From a virus: a stretch of 64,000 nucleotides of DNA. Numbering within the stretch: position 1 is the first letter of the stretch; each line of letters begins with the position of its first letter. Below are positions 1 to 7,337 of this stretch, in pieces. The DNA is taken from positions 45,251 to 109,250 of IMG/VR virus record IMGVR_UViG_3300050821_003619, one strand, 5' to 3'. The position numbers and the translations under genes are program-made. Below the pieces are notes generated by a model. That model worked only from the letters and a program-made list of their open reading frames with translations, was not told the origin of the DNA and made no database searches.

Positions 1-105
1 TACGAACCGCACAACATCGCGGATAAACAGGCAGTCGATGCTCAGGGTGTAATTGAAAATTGGATTTGGTATAATACTTTGTATCGTATGAAAGTTGGAG
101 GTTAG
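1..105 (+). CDS. 3' end of a hypothetical protein (truncated by window edge)
   Basis: Frame 1 is open from base 1 (YEPHNIADKQ...MKVGG) to TAG at 103-105; its end carries the GGAGG SD of the next gene. Confidence 0.6.
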   Translation, partial: YEPHNIADKQAVDAQGVIENWIWYNTLYRMKVGG

Positions 106-107
106 GA

Positions 108-296
108 TTGCCTATTGAAAACCAGAAAGACCTTGTGACCCGTCAAAGGGAAATGAAAGCACGCATGAAAGAACTGAGAAAAGCTGATCCTGACAAATGG
201 CGTAAACAGGAATTAGCTGATGCACGTATTCTAGATGCTAATTTTCCCAAAGACAATGCAGGCCACAGGAGAAGTGCCGACCGCCAATATGCCTAA
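108..296 (+). CDS. Small basic hypothetical protein
   Basis: TTG start 6 nt after GGAGG; 62 aa. Confidence 0.6.
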   Translation: MPIENQKDLVTRQREMKARMKELRKADPDKWRKQELADARILDANFPKDNAGHRRSADRQYA

Positions 297-741
297 AGTA
301 CTTACTGCACCCGAGATGAAGGCACGCTTGTTCAAAAGATTTTGGAATAAGGTGCTTCTCGGGGATGAATGCTGGGAATGGCAAGGCTCCATAAACAACA
401 TGGGCTATGGAAAAATACAAGTACGTATGGACGACGGTTATCATGCAGTGTATGCTCATAGAGTATCTTGGTTTCTTGCTACAGGAGAATGGCCCACAGA
501 ACAAGTTTTGCATCGATGTGACAATACTAGATGTGTTCGCCATGGACATCATTTTCAGGGAACACAAAAAGACAACATGCAGGATGCCTCAGAAAAAGGC
601 AGAACCAGTGGAGGTGGAGCAAATAAAACTCACTGTAAACGTGGCCACAATTTAGACAATGCCTATTTAAATGGAGGCAAAAGACACTGTAGAATATGTC
701 GTAGAGATTATAAAAAGCTTAGGAGAATGAGTGAGTCTTGA
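274..741 (+). CDS. HNH homing endonuclease with C-terminal KTHCKRGH Zn motif
   Basis: ECWEWQG...GYG...AHRVSW...VLHRCDNTRCV...H...GTQKDN signature; C-terminal KTHCKRGH...CRIC; GTG at 274 follows AGGAGA (ORF track starts at 235). Confidence 0.88.
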   Translation: MPTANMPKVLTAPEMKARLFKRFWNKVLLGDECWEWQGSINNMGYGKIQVRMDDGYHAVYAHRVSWFLATGEWPTEQVLHRCDNTRCVRHGHHFQGTQKDNMQDASEKGRTSGGGANKTHCKRGHNLDNAYLNGGKRHCRICRRDYKKLRRMSES

Positions 742-2119
742 TGCATTTTTAGAAAAGTTTCATAAAGAAGAAACTTTTGATACAGAGCAGAACATGGCTT
801 ACTGTATGGCTGATGCTCCAAATGCATTAGCAACATTCATGTCTAAGTTTAGTCCAAACATGGAATCGATATGGTTCTATGAGGGTAAATGCGAGATCAG
901 ATTCGATAAAGAATCACATAGATATTACAGAGTTGAAGAACTAGGAAACCTAACTCTTCTACGTGGAGTAACAAACGTAGTCCACATCATAGATCGTTCC
1001 ATGGCTCTTATGCCGTGGGCAGCTAAGAAGGTGGCCGAGAAGATGATTAGGTTGGTAGCCACTGAAACAAGAGATGGGCAAATTTATCTTGTACCGATGA
1101 CTCTGGCGTACTTCACTCAGCTTGTTATGGAAGCTAAGAAGGCTCCTAACGAAGAGAAGGAAGAAGCAGGCGACATTGGGCACATGGCCCATGCATGCTT
1201 GGAAGATTCAATCCGGCATGCATTGGATCACACCGAAGACCACATTGTTCGTGAACTAAAAAATCTCCCCACAGATGAGAAGGCTGCAACCGCAGCTAAC
1301 TCAGCATTCAATTGGATGAAGGCGCATAATGTGCGCTGGATTGAAACAGAAGGGAAGATATATTCTAAACAGTATGGCTACGCGGGAACAATGGATGGCC
1401 TTGCTTACGTTGACTCTTGTACTGATCGTACATGTTGTCGTAGTAGTTTCACTAATCATCTCAGCCTTATCGATTGGAAATCTTCGAACTATCTTTATAT
1501 CGAGTTTCTTTTCCAGACTGCGAGCTATCAGCACGCGAAGCAAGAAGAATCTGGTATCAAGATTGAGGATCGCTGGGTTCTAAGGCTAGGAAAGAATGAA
1601 GACGAAGCTGGTAAATTCGAACCATGGTATATGGGACCGGAGGACTTCCAGCAAGACTTAGACGGTTTCTTAGCTTGTTTACGTCTGGTAGAATTGGTTG
1701 ACTCAGTTACAGATCGCATGAAGAACCAAAAAGCTCTTATTAAAGGAGTAAAGAAGGAAGTACGAGAGACTCAGAAAGCAATAGAGAAGGCAGAAGAAAA
1801 GCTGGAGAAAGCCCGAGCCAAAGCCTTTAAGAAGACTCAGAGAGAAGCCGAAAAGGAGTTGGCTAATAAGAAAGCCGAAGAGGATAAGAACGCTCTGCGT
1901 ATTGCTCGTGCTGCTGAGAAGGCACGCGTTAAAGAAGAAGCCCGAGCACTCAGGGAAACAGTTAAGCAAACCAACGCGGTAGCAAGCAAAACTATCCCAG
2001 AGCCTAAACCTGTAGAGATACCAGCAATTGTTAGTGCACGTCCCAAATCGGGATGGGCAGAGTTTGAAGAAGAAACCGTAGTTAAACCAAGAGTATTTAC
2101 TATACCGGAGGAAGATTGA
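731..2119 (+). CDS. PD-(D/E)XK (Cas4/RecB-like) phage exonuclease with long charged helical C-terminus
   Basis: HRYY, GVTNV, GHMAH, ETE, YAGTMDG, IDWKSS and QTASY motifs; K/E/A-rich coiled coil from ~aa 330. Confidence 0.8.
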   Translation: MSLDAFLEKFHKEETFDTEQNMAYCMADAPNALATFMSKFSPNMESIWFYEGKCEIRFDKESHRYYRVEELGNLTLLRGVTNVVHIIDRSMALMPWAAKKVAEKMIRLVATETRDGQIYLVPMTLAYFTQLVMEAKKAPNEEKEEAGDIGHMAHACLEDSIRHALDHTEDHIVRELKNLPTDEKAATAANSAFNWMKAHNVRWIETEGKIYSKQYGYAGTMDGLAYVDSCTDRTCCRSSFTNHLSLIDWKSSNYLYIEFLFQTASYQHAKQEESGIKIEDRWVLRLGKNEDEAGKFEPWYMGPEDFQQDLDGFLACLRLVELVDSVTDRMKNQKALIKGVKKEVRETQKAIEKAEEKLEKARAKAFKKTQREAEKELANKKAEEDKNALRIARAAEKARVKEEARALRETVKQTNAVASKTIPEPKPVEIPAIVSARPKSGWAEFEEETVVKPRVFTIPEED

Positions 2120-3090
2120 GCGATAGCAACGAATCATTAACCGTTCTGAACAATCAGAATGCGCTGGCTGTAGGTGGAGTAGGCCTCGGGTCAGCTTTGT
2201 TCAAGGCACGTCCTAGCACTATTCAGTTGGTTCCAAAGTCAACACGTCAAGAGGGAGCTATCCCCGGCACGTTCCGCAATATCACCACCGGCGAACGCCT
2301 AGGGGTTGCCGATGAAAACGGAAACATCGTTAAGGATGAAATCCGAGTAGTCATGCTGGCTGTGCCTCAAGAGAAGCGTGAGTATTACTTGAACGATGGC
2401 AAGACGTACAGCAAGGACATGAAGGAATGCTTCAGCGTAAACAACGTGACACCTCACGACCGCGCTAAGAATCCTCCTGCTATGTACTGCGCTACTTGCC
2501 CTATGGGGGATGTTAACTGGGAGAAGTGGCGTAAGGGTGGAAAGAATCCTAAGGACCTGCCACCTTGCCAGATGTATTACGGTTTGTTTCTGGCCGAACG
2601 CAATACGCAGACACCCTACAACATCGACGTGAAGGGCAAAAGCGTAGGGCCATTTAAGCAGGCCATGGAAACTCAGATGGCTGGTCTGTTGGCAAAGATT
2701 CAAACCAACGTAGTCATGCTGAACAAAAGCCGTGGTTATAAGCTGAATAAAACTTCAGGACAGTTTGAATTCGTTGGGTTACCTGAAGGTGTAACGGAGA
2801 AAGTTGCACCAGAACCAATGCCTAATATCTTTGACATCGTATTCACGATCTACTCTAACCGTAAGGACGGAGATATTGTGATGGGCTTCAAAGATTTTGC
2901 TCGCATGAAGGCAGAGGATCGTGCAGAGTTTGGCGACTTGTACAACGAATTCCTACAGCGTAAGCAGCAGGCAGCACAGGTTGCACAAGCTGAGCCTGAG
3001 GAAAGTGAAGAAGCACAAGGCAACGCGGCAGTAACTGAAGCAGTAGATGGGGAATACGTAGACACTAACGACGAACCCATCACAATTTAA
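2116..3090 (+). CDS. Putative ssDNA-binding/annealing protein (Cys-containing, acidic tail)
   Basis: Coupled to the exonuclease; CFS...CATCP...PPC pattern; acidic C-terminus (EPEESEE...DTNDEPITI). Confidence 0.6.
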   Translation: MSDSNESLTVLNNQNALAVGGVGLGSALFKARPSTIQLVPKSTRQEGAIPGTFRNITTGERLGVADENGNIVKDEIRVVMLAVPQEKREYYLNDGKTYSKDMKECFSVNNVTPHDRAKNPPAMYCATCPMGDVNWEKWRKGGKNPKDLPPCQMYYGLFLAERNTQTPYNIDVKGKSVGPFKQAMETQMAGLLAKIQTNVVMLNKSRGYKLNKTSGQFEFVGLPEGVTEKVAPEPMPNIFDIVFTIYSNRKDGDIVMGFKDFARMKAEDRAEFGDLYNEFLQRKQQAAQVAQAEPEESEEAQGNAAVTEAVDGEYVDTNDEPITI

Positions 3091-3100
3091 AGGAGAATAC

Positions 3101-3442
3101 ATGAAAGCTTTGTTCACCACATTTGTACTTGCCCTCGCACTGCTGGCCTCGGCTCACACAGCCACGGCTAATGATGACGAGAACGTGTATGTTAACGGAC
3201 AGTATCTCAGTAGCGACGGAGACAACTACGGAATGACCTTCTCCGTAAGCAGTTCTGTTCCTGAGCCTACATGCGTGTTTCCATATGTCACCAGCAGTGA
3301 CAATGTGGTGGGCGGGGTTGGTAGCCCTTACCAACTCGGAGCTAATGAGCAGAACGTGCACATTGGTCAGTTTAACCGAGCCGATAGCTCTCGTGGCTGG
3401 TCGGTTCAAGTGAGTGCACGTTGGCATCGTGGAGGCTGCTAG
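3101..3442 (+). CDS. Secreted hypothetical protein
   Basis: AGGAG SD; Sec signal MKALFTTFVLALALLASAHTATA. Confidence 0.75.
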   Translation: MKALFTTFVLALALLASAHTATANDDENVYVNGQYLSSDGDNYGMTFSVSSSVPEPTCVFPYVTSSDNVVGGVGSPYQLGANEQNVHIGQFNRADSSRGWSVQVSARWHRGGC

Positions 3443-3606
3443 TGCTCAAGTGGATTCGTAGTTTAGGATTCTGGGGCATGTTCGTTGGGGCAATGGGAGC
3501 GCTGAATGCTCTCATTCAGAATGACTGGGGGATCGTAGGGTTAGGTATTGTTTTCGTTTTGTTGTCCTACGGTTGGTACTGGTTATTCGGCAAGTTCACC
3601 ACGTAA
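3442..3606 (+). CDS. Small 2-TM membrane protein
   Basis: GTG at 3442 after GGAGG; two hydrophobic segments. Confidence 0.6.
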   Translation: MLKWIRSLGFWGMFVGAMGALNALIQNDWGIVGLGIVFVLLSYGWYWLFGKFTT

Positions 3607-3888
3607 AGTTACGCACGTATGAGGTAATCGCAAAGCCTATCGGACACGGGTTCGACTCCCGTCGCCTCCACCAAGCTACTCACGATGAATACCGGCTGAC
3701 CCCAGCGTCTAGCGCGGAATCACGGCTAGGCCCGAGACGAATGCATCGTTATCGGGAAAGTCGAGGATAATTCTCGTCTGGGTGAGTAGCTTAATGGGGG
3801 CGTCACGGCTTCGACGGTGGGAACTGAGGGATTTACTGACGTGCCGTTATCGTACGCCGTTCGTTATACGGAGTGCAAAAACACAAAT

Positions 3889-3969
3889 GCTAAGACTAAC
3901 AAGTCTCGCAAGGCCTATGGCATGTTCTTCGGTGGAAACACTGTTGGACAGCTTTCTGTAGCTGCCTAA
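3889..3969 (+). other. tmRNA tag reading frame (A)AKTNKSRKAYGMFFGGNTVGQLSVAA*
   Basis: Resume codon GCT after A-rich AAAAACACAAAT; 26 codons to TAA; C-terminal VAA degron. Confidence 0.8.
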
Positions 3970-3975
3970 AAGGGT

Positions 3976-3996
3976 GGGAGCCTCACAAGGGCTCCC
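3976..3996 (+). terminator. Hairpin at the 3' end of the tmRNA coding piece
   Basis: GGGAGCC-TCACAAG-GGCTCCC; only a weak pyrimidine tail. Confidence 0.5.
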
Positions 3997-4029
3997 TTCC
4001 GATATCCTCCCCAACAAACAGGAGAAACC

Positions 4030-4488
4030 ATGAAGAAGCTTTTCGCTGCTGTACTGATGCTGGCGTCAGCATTTGCTGCTGCCCAAACCACAAACAATTT
4101 TACTTTTGGTCCGCGCCCTACCATCACTAACATTGCTCCGATGACTTCGGTTAACGGTGTTTCAGTCGATCCTGCTACCAATAGCACTGTAGATTTTCAG
4201 ACTTCGGACTTCAGCACTGCTCCGGGGTTCGCGTTGTATTTCCCTTACAGCATCGACGGTACCAGTGGTATTCTTGAAGGAGGAACGATTCAGTATGGTG
4301 TACGCGTTATTACCGGCGTGAACACTGCTACTCAGTCTGATACGTTCTCTTTCTTCGGTGGAGAATTTACCGGCACTGTAATTGAAACCTTCACCTTCGC
4401 TACGCAGCGTGTGTGCGGTGGTCGTAGTTGCCACAACGTGACGGTGTATACCAGCACGGGTGGAACGGGAACGTTGACAAAGAACTAA
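4030..4488 (+). CDS. Secreted Thr/Gly-rich beta protein
   Basis: AGGAG SD; signal MKKLFAAVLMLASAFAAA; CGGRSC loop near the C-terminus. Confidence 0.75.
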   Translation: MKKLFAAVLMLASAFAAAQTTNNFTFGPRPTITNIAPMTSVNGVSVDPATNSTVDFQTSDFSTAPGFALYFPYSIDGTSGILEGGTIQYGVRVITGVNTATQSDTFSFFGGEFTGTVIETFTFATQRVCGGRSCHNVTVYTSTGGTGTLTKN

Positions 4489-4497
4489 GGGACAAAC

Positions 4498-4968
4498 ATG
4501 ACAAAGCAGGCTCAGAGCACGGGGGCTTCAAATGAAGCCCCTTACGAAGGTTCGTTGGAAGAAGTATTTGATAATCCTCCTACTCAAGAAGAAATTGAAG
4601 AGAATTCGCGCCCTATTGAAGAGATCGCTGAGGAAGAAGCACCTGTAAATGCAGGTACCATTACGTACGGTATCGATAGTCTAGCTCGCATAGAGATTAC
4701 TAAGCTGGCTCTATTAGCGCAGAATATTCTTGCACGACAAGAAAATGCACCGTCTACCACGACCGGCAGCTTGAACATTTTAGGGTTCGACTTTAACGTC
4801 CGTGTACTTCCTAAACAAGATGCTATGATTGGTGGAGAAAACAAAATTGGCCGACCGGGGCTGGTATTGGAAGTGAATGATGGTGACCGCACCTACGCTG
4901 TGGCTAAGCTGGAGTGGGATCACAACAAGCAAGTGTATGTACTATTCGCAGGCAAAGGAGTAAACTAA
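4498..4968 (+). CDS. Hypothetical protein with acidic N-terminus
   Basis: Tight operon spacing; 156 aa. Confidence 0.7.
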   Translation: MTKQAQSTGASNEAPYEGSLEEVFDNPPTQEEIEENSRPIEEIAEEEAPVNAGTITYGIDSLARIEITKLALLAQNILARQENAPSTTTGSLNILGFDFNVRVLPKQDAMIGGENKIGRPGLVLEVNDGDRTYAVAKLEWDHNKQVYVLFAGKGVN

Positions 4969-5199
4969 ATGAACAAGTTTTTTGAAGCTATTGGATTGGG
5001 AATAGTGGCTTTTGTTGTAGTGATTGGCTTGTCTTTGTTGCTGGCTTTTCCTACCAAGTGGGCAATCAACTATGTGGTTAACCCAACGTTGTTGGCAACT
5101 GTTTTCACTACCGGCCACTTTAGTGTATGGCACGCATGGGCATTAAACTTCTTGGCAAGCTCGCTCGTTAAGTCTACAAACACAGGGAGCACGAAGTAG
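4969..5199 (+). CDS. Small membrane protein
   Basis: AGGAG SD; hydrophobic; abuts both neighbours. Confidence 0.7.
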   Translation: MNKFFEAIGLGIVAFVVVIGLSLLLAFPTKWAINYVVNPTLLATVFTTGHFSVWHAWALNFLASSLVKSTNTGSTK

Positions 5200-5463
5200 A
5201 TGGTCACTGACACCGAATTTATCAATGCATTACGCAGCGCAAAAATGAGCACAGTAGAACTGGCTGATGGATTAGGTGTCAGTCAACCTACCATCCGTAG
5301 ATGGCGCAACGGTCGTAACCTGCCATATTCACCTATGAGACCGGCCATTATGCTGTTTCTTGGCAAAGTTGATAAACGCAGGGCTGGAGTAGTAAACCAG
5401 ATTCAACGTACAGCATTCGATGCTTACGAAGGATTAAACGGAAGGATGCCCACTAAGTTGTAG
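5200..5463 (+). CDS. XRE/Cro-family HTH regulator
   Basis: MSTVELADGLGVSQPTIRRWRNGRNLP HTH signature. Confidence 0.85.
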   Translation: MVTDTEFINALRSAKMSTVELADGLGVSQPTIRRWRNGRNLPYSPMRPAIMLFLGKVDKRRAGVVNQIQRTAFDAYEGLNGRMPTKL

Positions 5464-5472
5464 GAGAGATAA

Positions 5473-6282
5473 GTGCAAGATGATCACAAGTATGGTCCCG
5501 GTGAATGGGTAGTTCACAAAGAAAGAAGTGCACCGGGTGGGTTGAAAGACATAGTACTTCAAGATTTAATACCAACAACAGCAATACATGGGGAGGTAGT
5601 AGCTGGCCGAGCTACTACAGTACGTAAGGACCTTCAACGCCTTACGGCAAACATGCAACAAGATACATTTACGTTGGCAGACCTTTTCTATGAAGCCCAA
5701 GCGAACGCGTACTACCTACAGTGGGGGTTCGACAGCTTAGGTGACTACGCCACTAAGGAGCTAGGTATTAAGGAGCGCAAAGCCCAATACCTTGCTCGCA
5801 TAGTTAAGGTCTGCCGTGATGTTGGAGTGACCCGTAAGAACTACGAACCGGCAGGCATATCGAAGTTGAGAGAGATCACCACACTTGATCCTGACGGCTT
5901 CTATTTCGACAAAGAGAAGAACCAGAATTTTCCTCTAGATGAGATCATAGTTGATCTTATTCTTGATGCTCCTGACATGACAATGCAGCAAGTCAAAGAC
6001 AAGGTTGATCTGCTTAAAGGTCAAGTAGGGGAAGATAGGCAAGTCATCAGAAGCTTTGGTTGCACACAATCTTGCTGGACAAACGTCATCAGTAAAGCTT
6101 TAGAACTAGCAGCACGTAAGCTTGGCTCTGCTGGAAGAGATGAGTCAGGTAACGCAATAGAATTTTCTGAGGGTGCGAAGTGGGAGATAATTTGCGTTTC
6201 CTTCTTACAGGATCAGAACAACTATATAGAAGACCACGGAGAAACTAATGAAGACAATAGCGACCCTTCTATTACTGTGTAG
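5473..6282 (+). CDS. Hypothetical phage DNA-associated protein
   Basis: AGGAG SD, GTG start; YLQWGFDSLGDYATKELGI...AQYLARI helical motif recurrent in phage DNA-binding proteins. Confidence 0.65.
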   Translation: MQDDHKYGPGEWVVHKERSAPGGLKDIVLQDLIPTTAIHGEVVAGRATTVRKDLQRLTANMQQDTFTLADLFYEAQANAYYLQWGFDSLGDYATKELGIKERKAQYLARIVKVCRDVGVTRKNYEPAGISKLREITTLDPDGFYFDKEKNQNFPLDEIIVDLILDAPDMTMQQVKDKVDLLKGQVGEDRQVIRSFGCTQSCWTNVISKALELAARKLGSAGRDESGNAIEFSEGAKWEIICVSFLQDQNNYIEDHGETNEDNSDPSITV

Positions 6283-6487
6283 TCTGTACGGGCATGAGTC
6301 GCGCAACTCTAACCCTTGTGCTCAGATGTGTGGTTGCAAGAAGCAGCACTGGAATGAGTGCTCTGTGTATTGCTTCCAGATGTATAAGAGCGACGGTACA
6401 CCACGCTGCATGACTCAAGAAGAAATGGATGGTTGTTCTAGGTTGTGCTTAGGTAAAGGTCCGGCGAAACATGAAGGTGGAAAATGA
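6248..6487 (+). CDS. Small secreted cysteine-rich protein
   Basis: GGAG SD; short hydrophobic N-terminus; 8 Cys after it, three CxxxC motifs. Confidence 0.6.
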   Translation: MKTIATLLLLCSLYGHESRNSNPCAQMCGCKKQHWNECSVYCFQMYKSDGTPRCMTQEEMDGCSRLCLGKGPAKHEGGK

Positions 6488-6687
6488 AGACAGACGTTAA
6501 CAAAGCTTTATCACAGCTACAGAAACTCTACAATGATGCAGGGCTAGGTTCGTTAGATTTTATCTATCGTAACCACTCGTCATGGATTGCACTAAAATCG
6601 CGTCCCAACAGCTTCATGGACAACAAGAACATTCCGGCGATTGACTATCCTTCAAAGGTGAACATTGAGCCTGAGACTTCCGCCTGA
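6484..6687 (+). CDS. Hypothetical protein
   Basis: ATGA overlap with the upstream gene. Confidence 0.6.
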   Translation: MKTDVNKALSQLQKLYNDAGLGSLDFIYRNHSSWIALKSRPNSFMDNKNIPAIDYPSKVNIEPETSA

Positions 6688-6952
6688 GGAGTACCATGCT
6701 CTGGTTCAGAGCGTACTTGTACGGGATAATTGGAAATGCCGACATTGCAAATCTAGAAACAATCTTCACGCCCATCACATTGTGTTTAGGAGCGAGATGG
6801 GACCTGATGCTTCTGGGAATCTTGTAATACTTTGTTTATATTGCCATGAAGGTGTGCATCAGTATAAGCTGTTTATTGACGAAACGCAGCCGGGTAAAGG
6901 GGCCGACTCAGAGCTTATCTTTACCCGGCAAGATGGATGGAAACCAAAATGA
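6665..6952 (+). CDS. HNH endonuclease (McrA-like, CxxC type)
   Basis: RDNWKCRHC...LHAHHIVFRSEMG...NLVILCLYCH. Confidence 0.9.
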   Translation: MSLRLPPEEYHALVQSVLVRDNWKCRHCKSRNNLHAHHIVFRSEMGPDASGNLVILCLYCHEGVHQYKLFIDETQPGKGADSELIFTRQDGWKPK

Positions 6953-7236
6953 CTACAACATGGTATAGAGTTTCTACGTGGGGAAAACCAAAGATCACTA
7001 CAGTAGAGGTAACCAAAGAAACTGATAAGTACATCACGTATTTACAGCCTAGCTGGGATAACAAACGAATGGACGAACGTAGATCGTCTAAAAGTAATGA
7101 GTTCTGGCCGACCTTCGCTGCAGCACGGCAGGAATTGCTTGTTCGATATAAGCGAGATATGAATCAGGCGCAGATTGAGTACGAAGAAGCCAAAGAGCGC
7201 TTCCACAAAGTATACTTGATGGAGAAGCCGGAATGA
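6949..7236 (+). CDS. Hypothetical protein
   Basis: ATGA overlap; VEVTKETDKYI beta-barrel-like phage pattern. Confidence 0.65.
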   Translation: MTTTWYRVSTWGKPKITTVEVTKETDKYITYLQPSWDNKRMDERRSSKSNEFWPTFAAARQELLVRYKRDMNQAQIEYEEAKERFHKVYLMEKPE

Positions 7237-7337
7237 GTGATGAGTTTGAATTTCCCGAAGTAATAGGTGTTGGACATTTGGTGGCATGATATTCAGCTTA
7301 GGGCTTCTGTTAGAAAAAAGATAAAAAGGAGGATACC

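Larger units (their letters stand above)
3607..3996 (+). ncRNA. ssrA: Circularly permuted (two-piece) tmRNA gene: acceptor piece ~3607-3673, intervening segment 3674-3795, coding piece 3796-~3996
   Basis: The 3' tRNA-like end GGACACGGGTTCGACTCCCGTCGCCTCCACCA (3642-3673) lies upstream of the 5' end GGGGGCGTCACGGCTTCGACGG (from 3796). Acceptor stem GGGGGCG/CGCCTCC has the G3.U70 Ala determinant and discriminator A. P2 pairings CGGTGGG/CCTATCG and ACGTGC/GCACGT; tag ORF ends VAA-stop. Outer ends approximate. Confidence 0.92.

Noticed and set aside
731-2119. Cas4 indicating a CRISPR-Cas system
   Set aside because: Stand-alone PD-(D/E)XK nuclease paired with an SSB-like gene, the usual phage recombination module
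3642-3673. tRNA gene (T-arm plus CCA)
   Set aside because: No D-arm/anticodon arm or matching 5' acceptor strand upstream; the partner strand is downstream at 3796, so it is a permuted tmRNA
3573-3770. 65-aa ORF in the track
   Set aside because: Overlaps the tmRNA acceptor piece and spacer; no SD; likely spurious
4521-4541. GGGGCTTCA-AA-TGAAGCCCC hairpin as a terminator
   Set aside because: Lies inside the 5' end of ORF 4498 and has no U-tract; function unsupported
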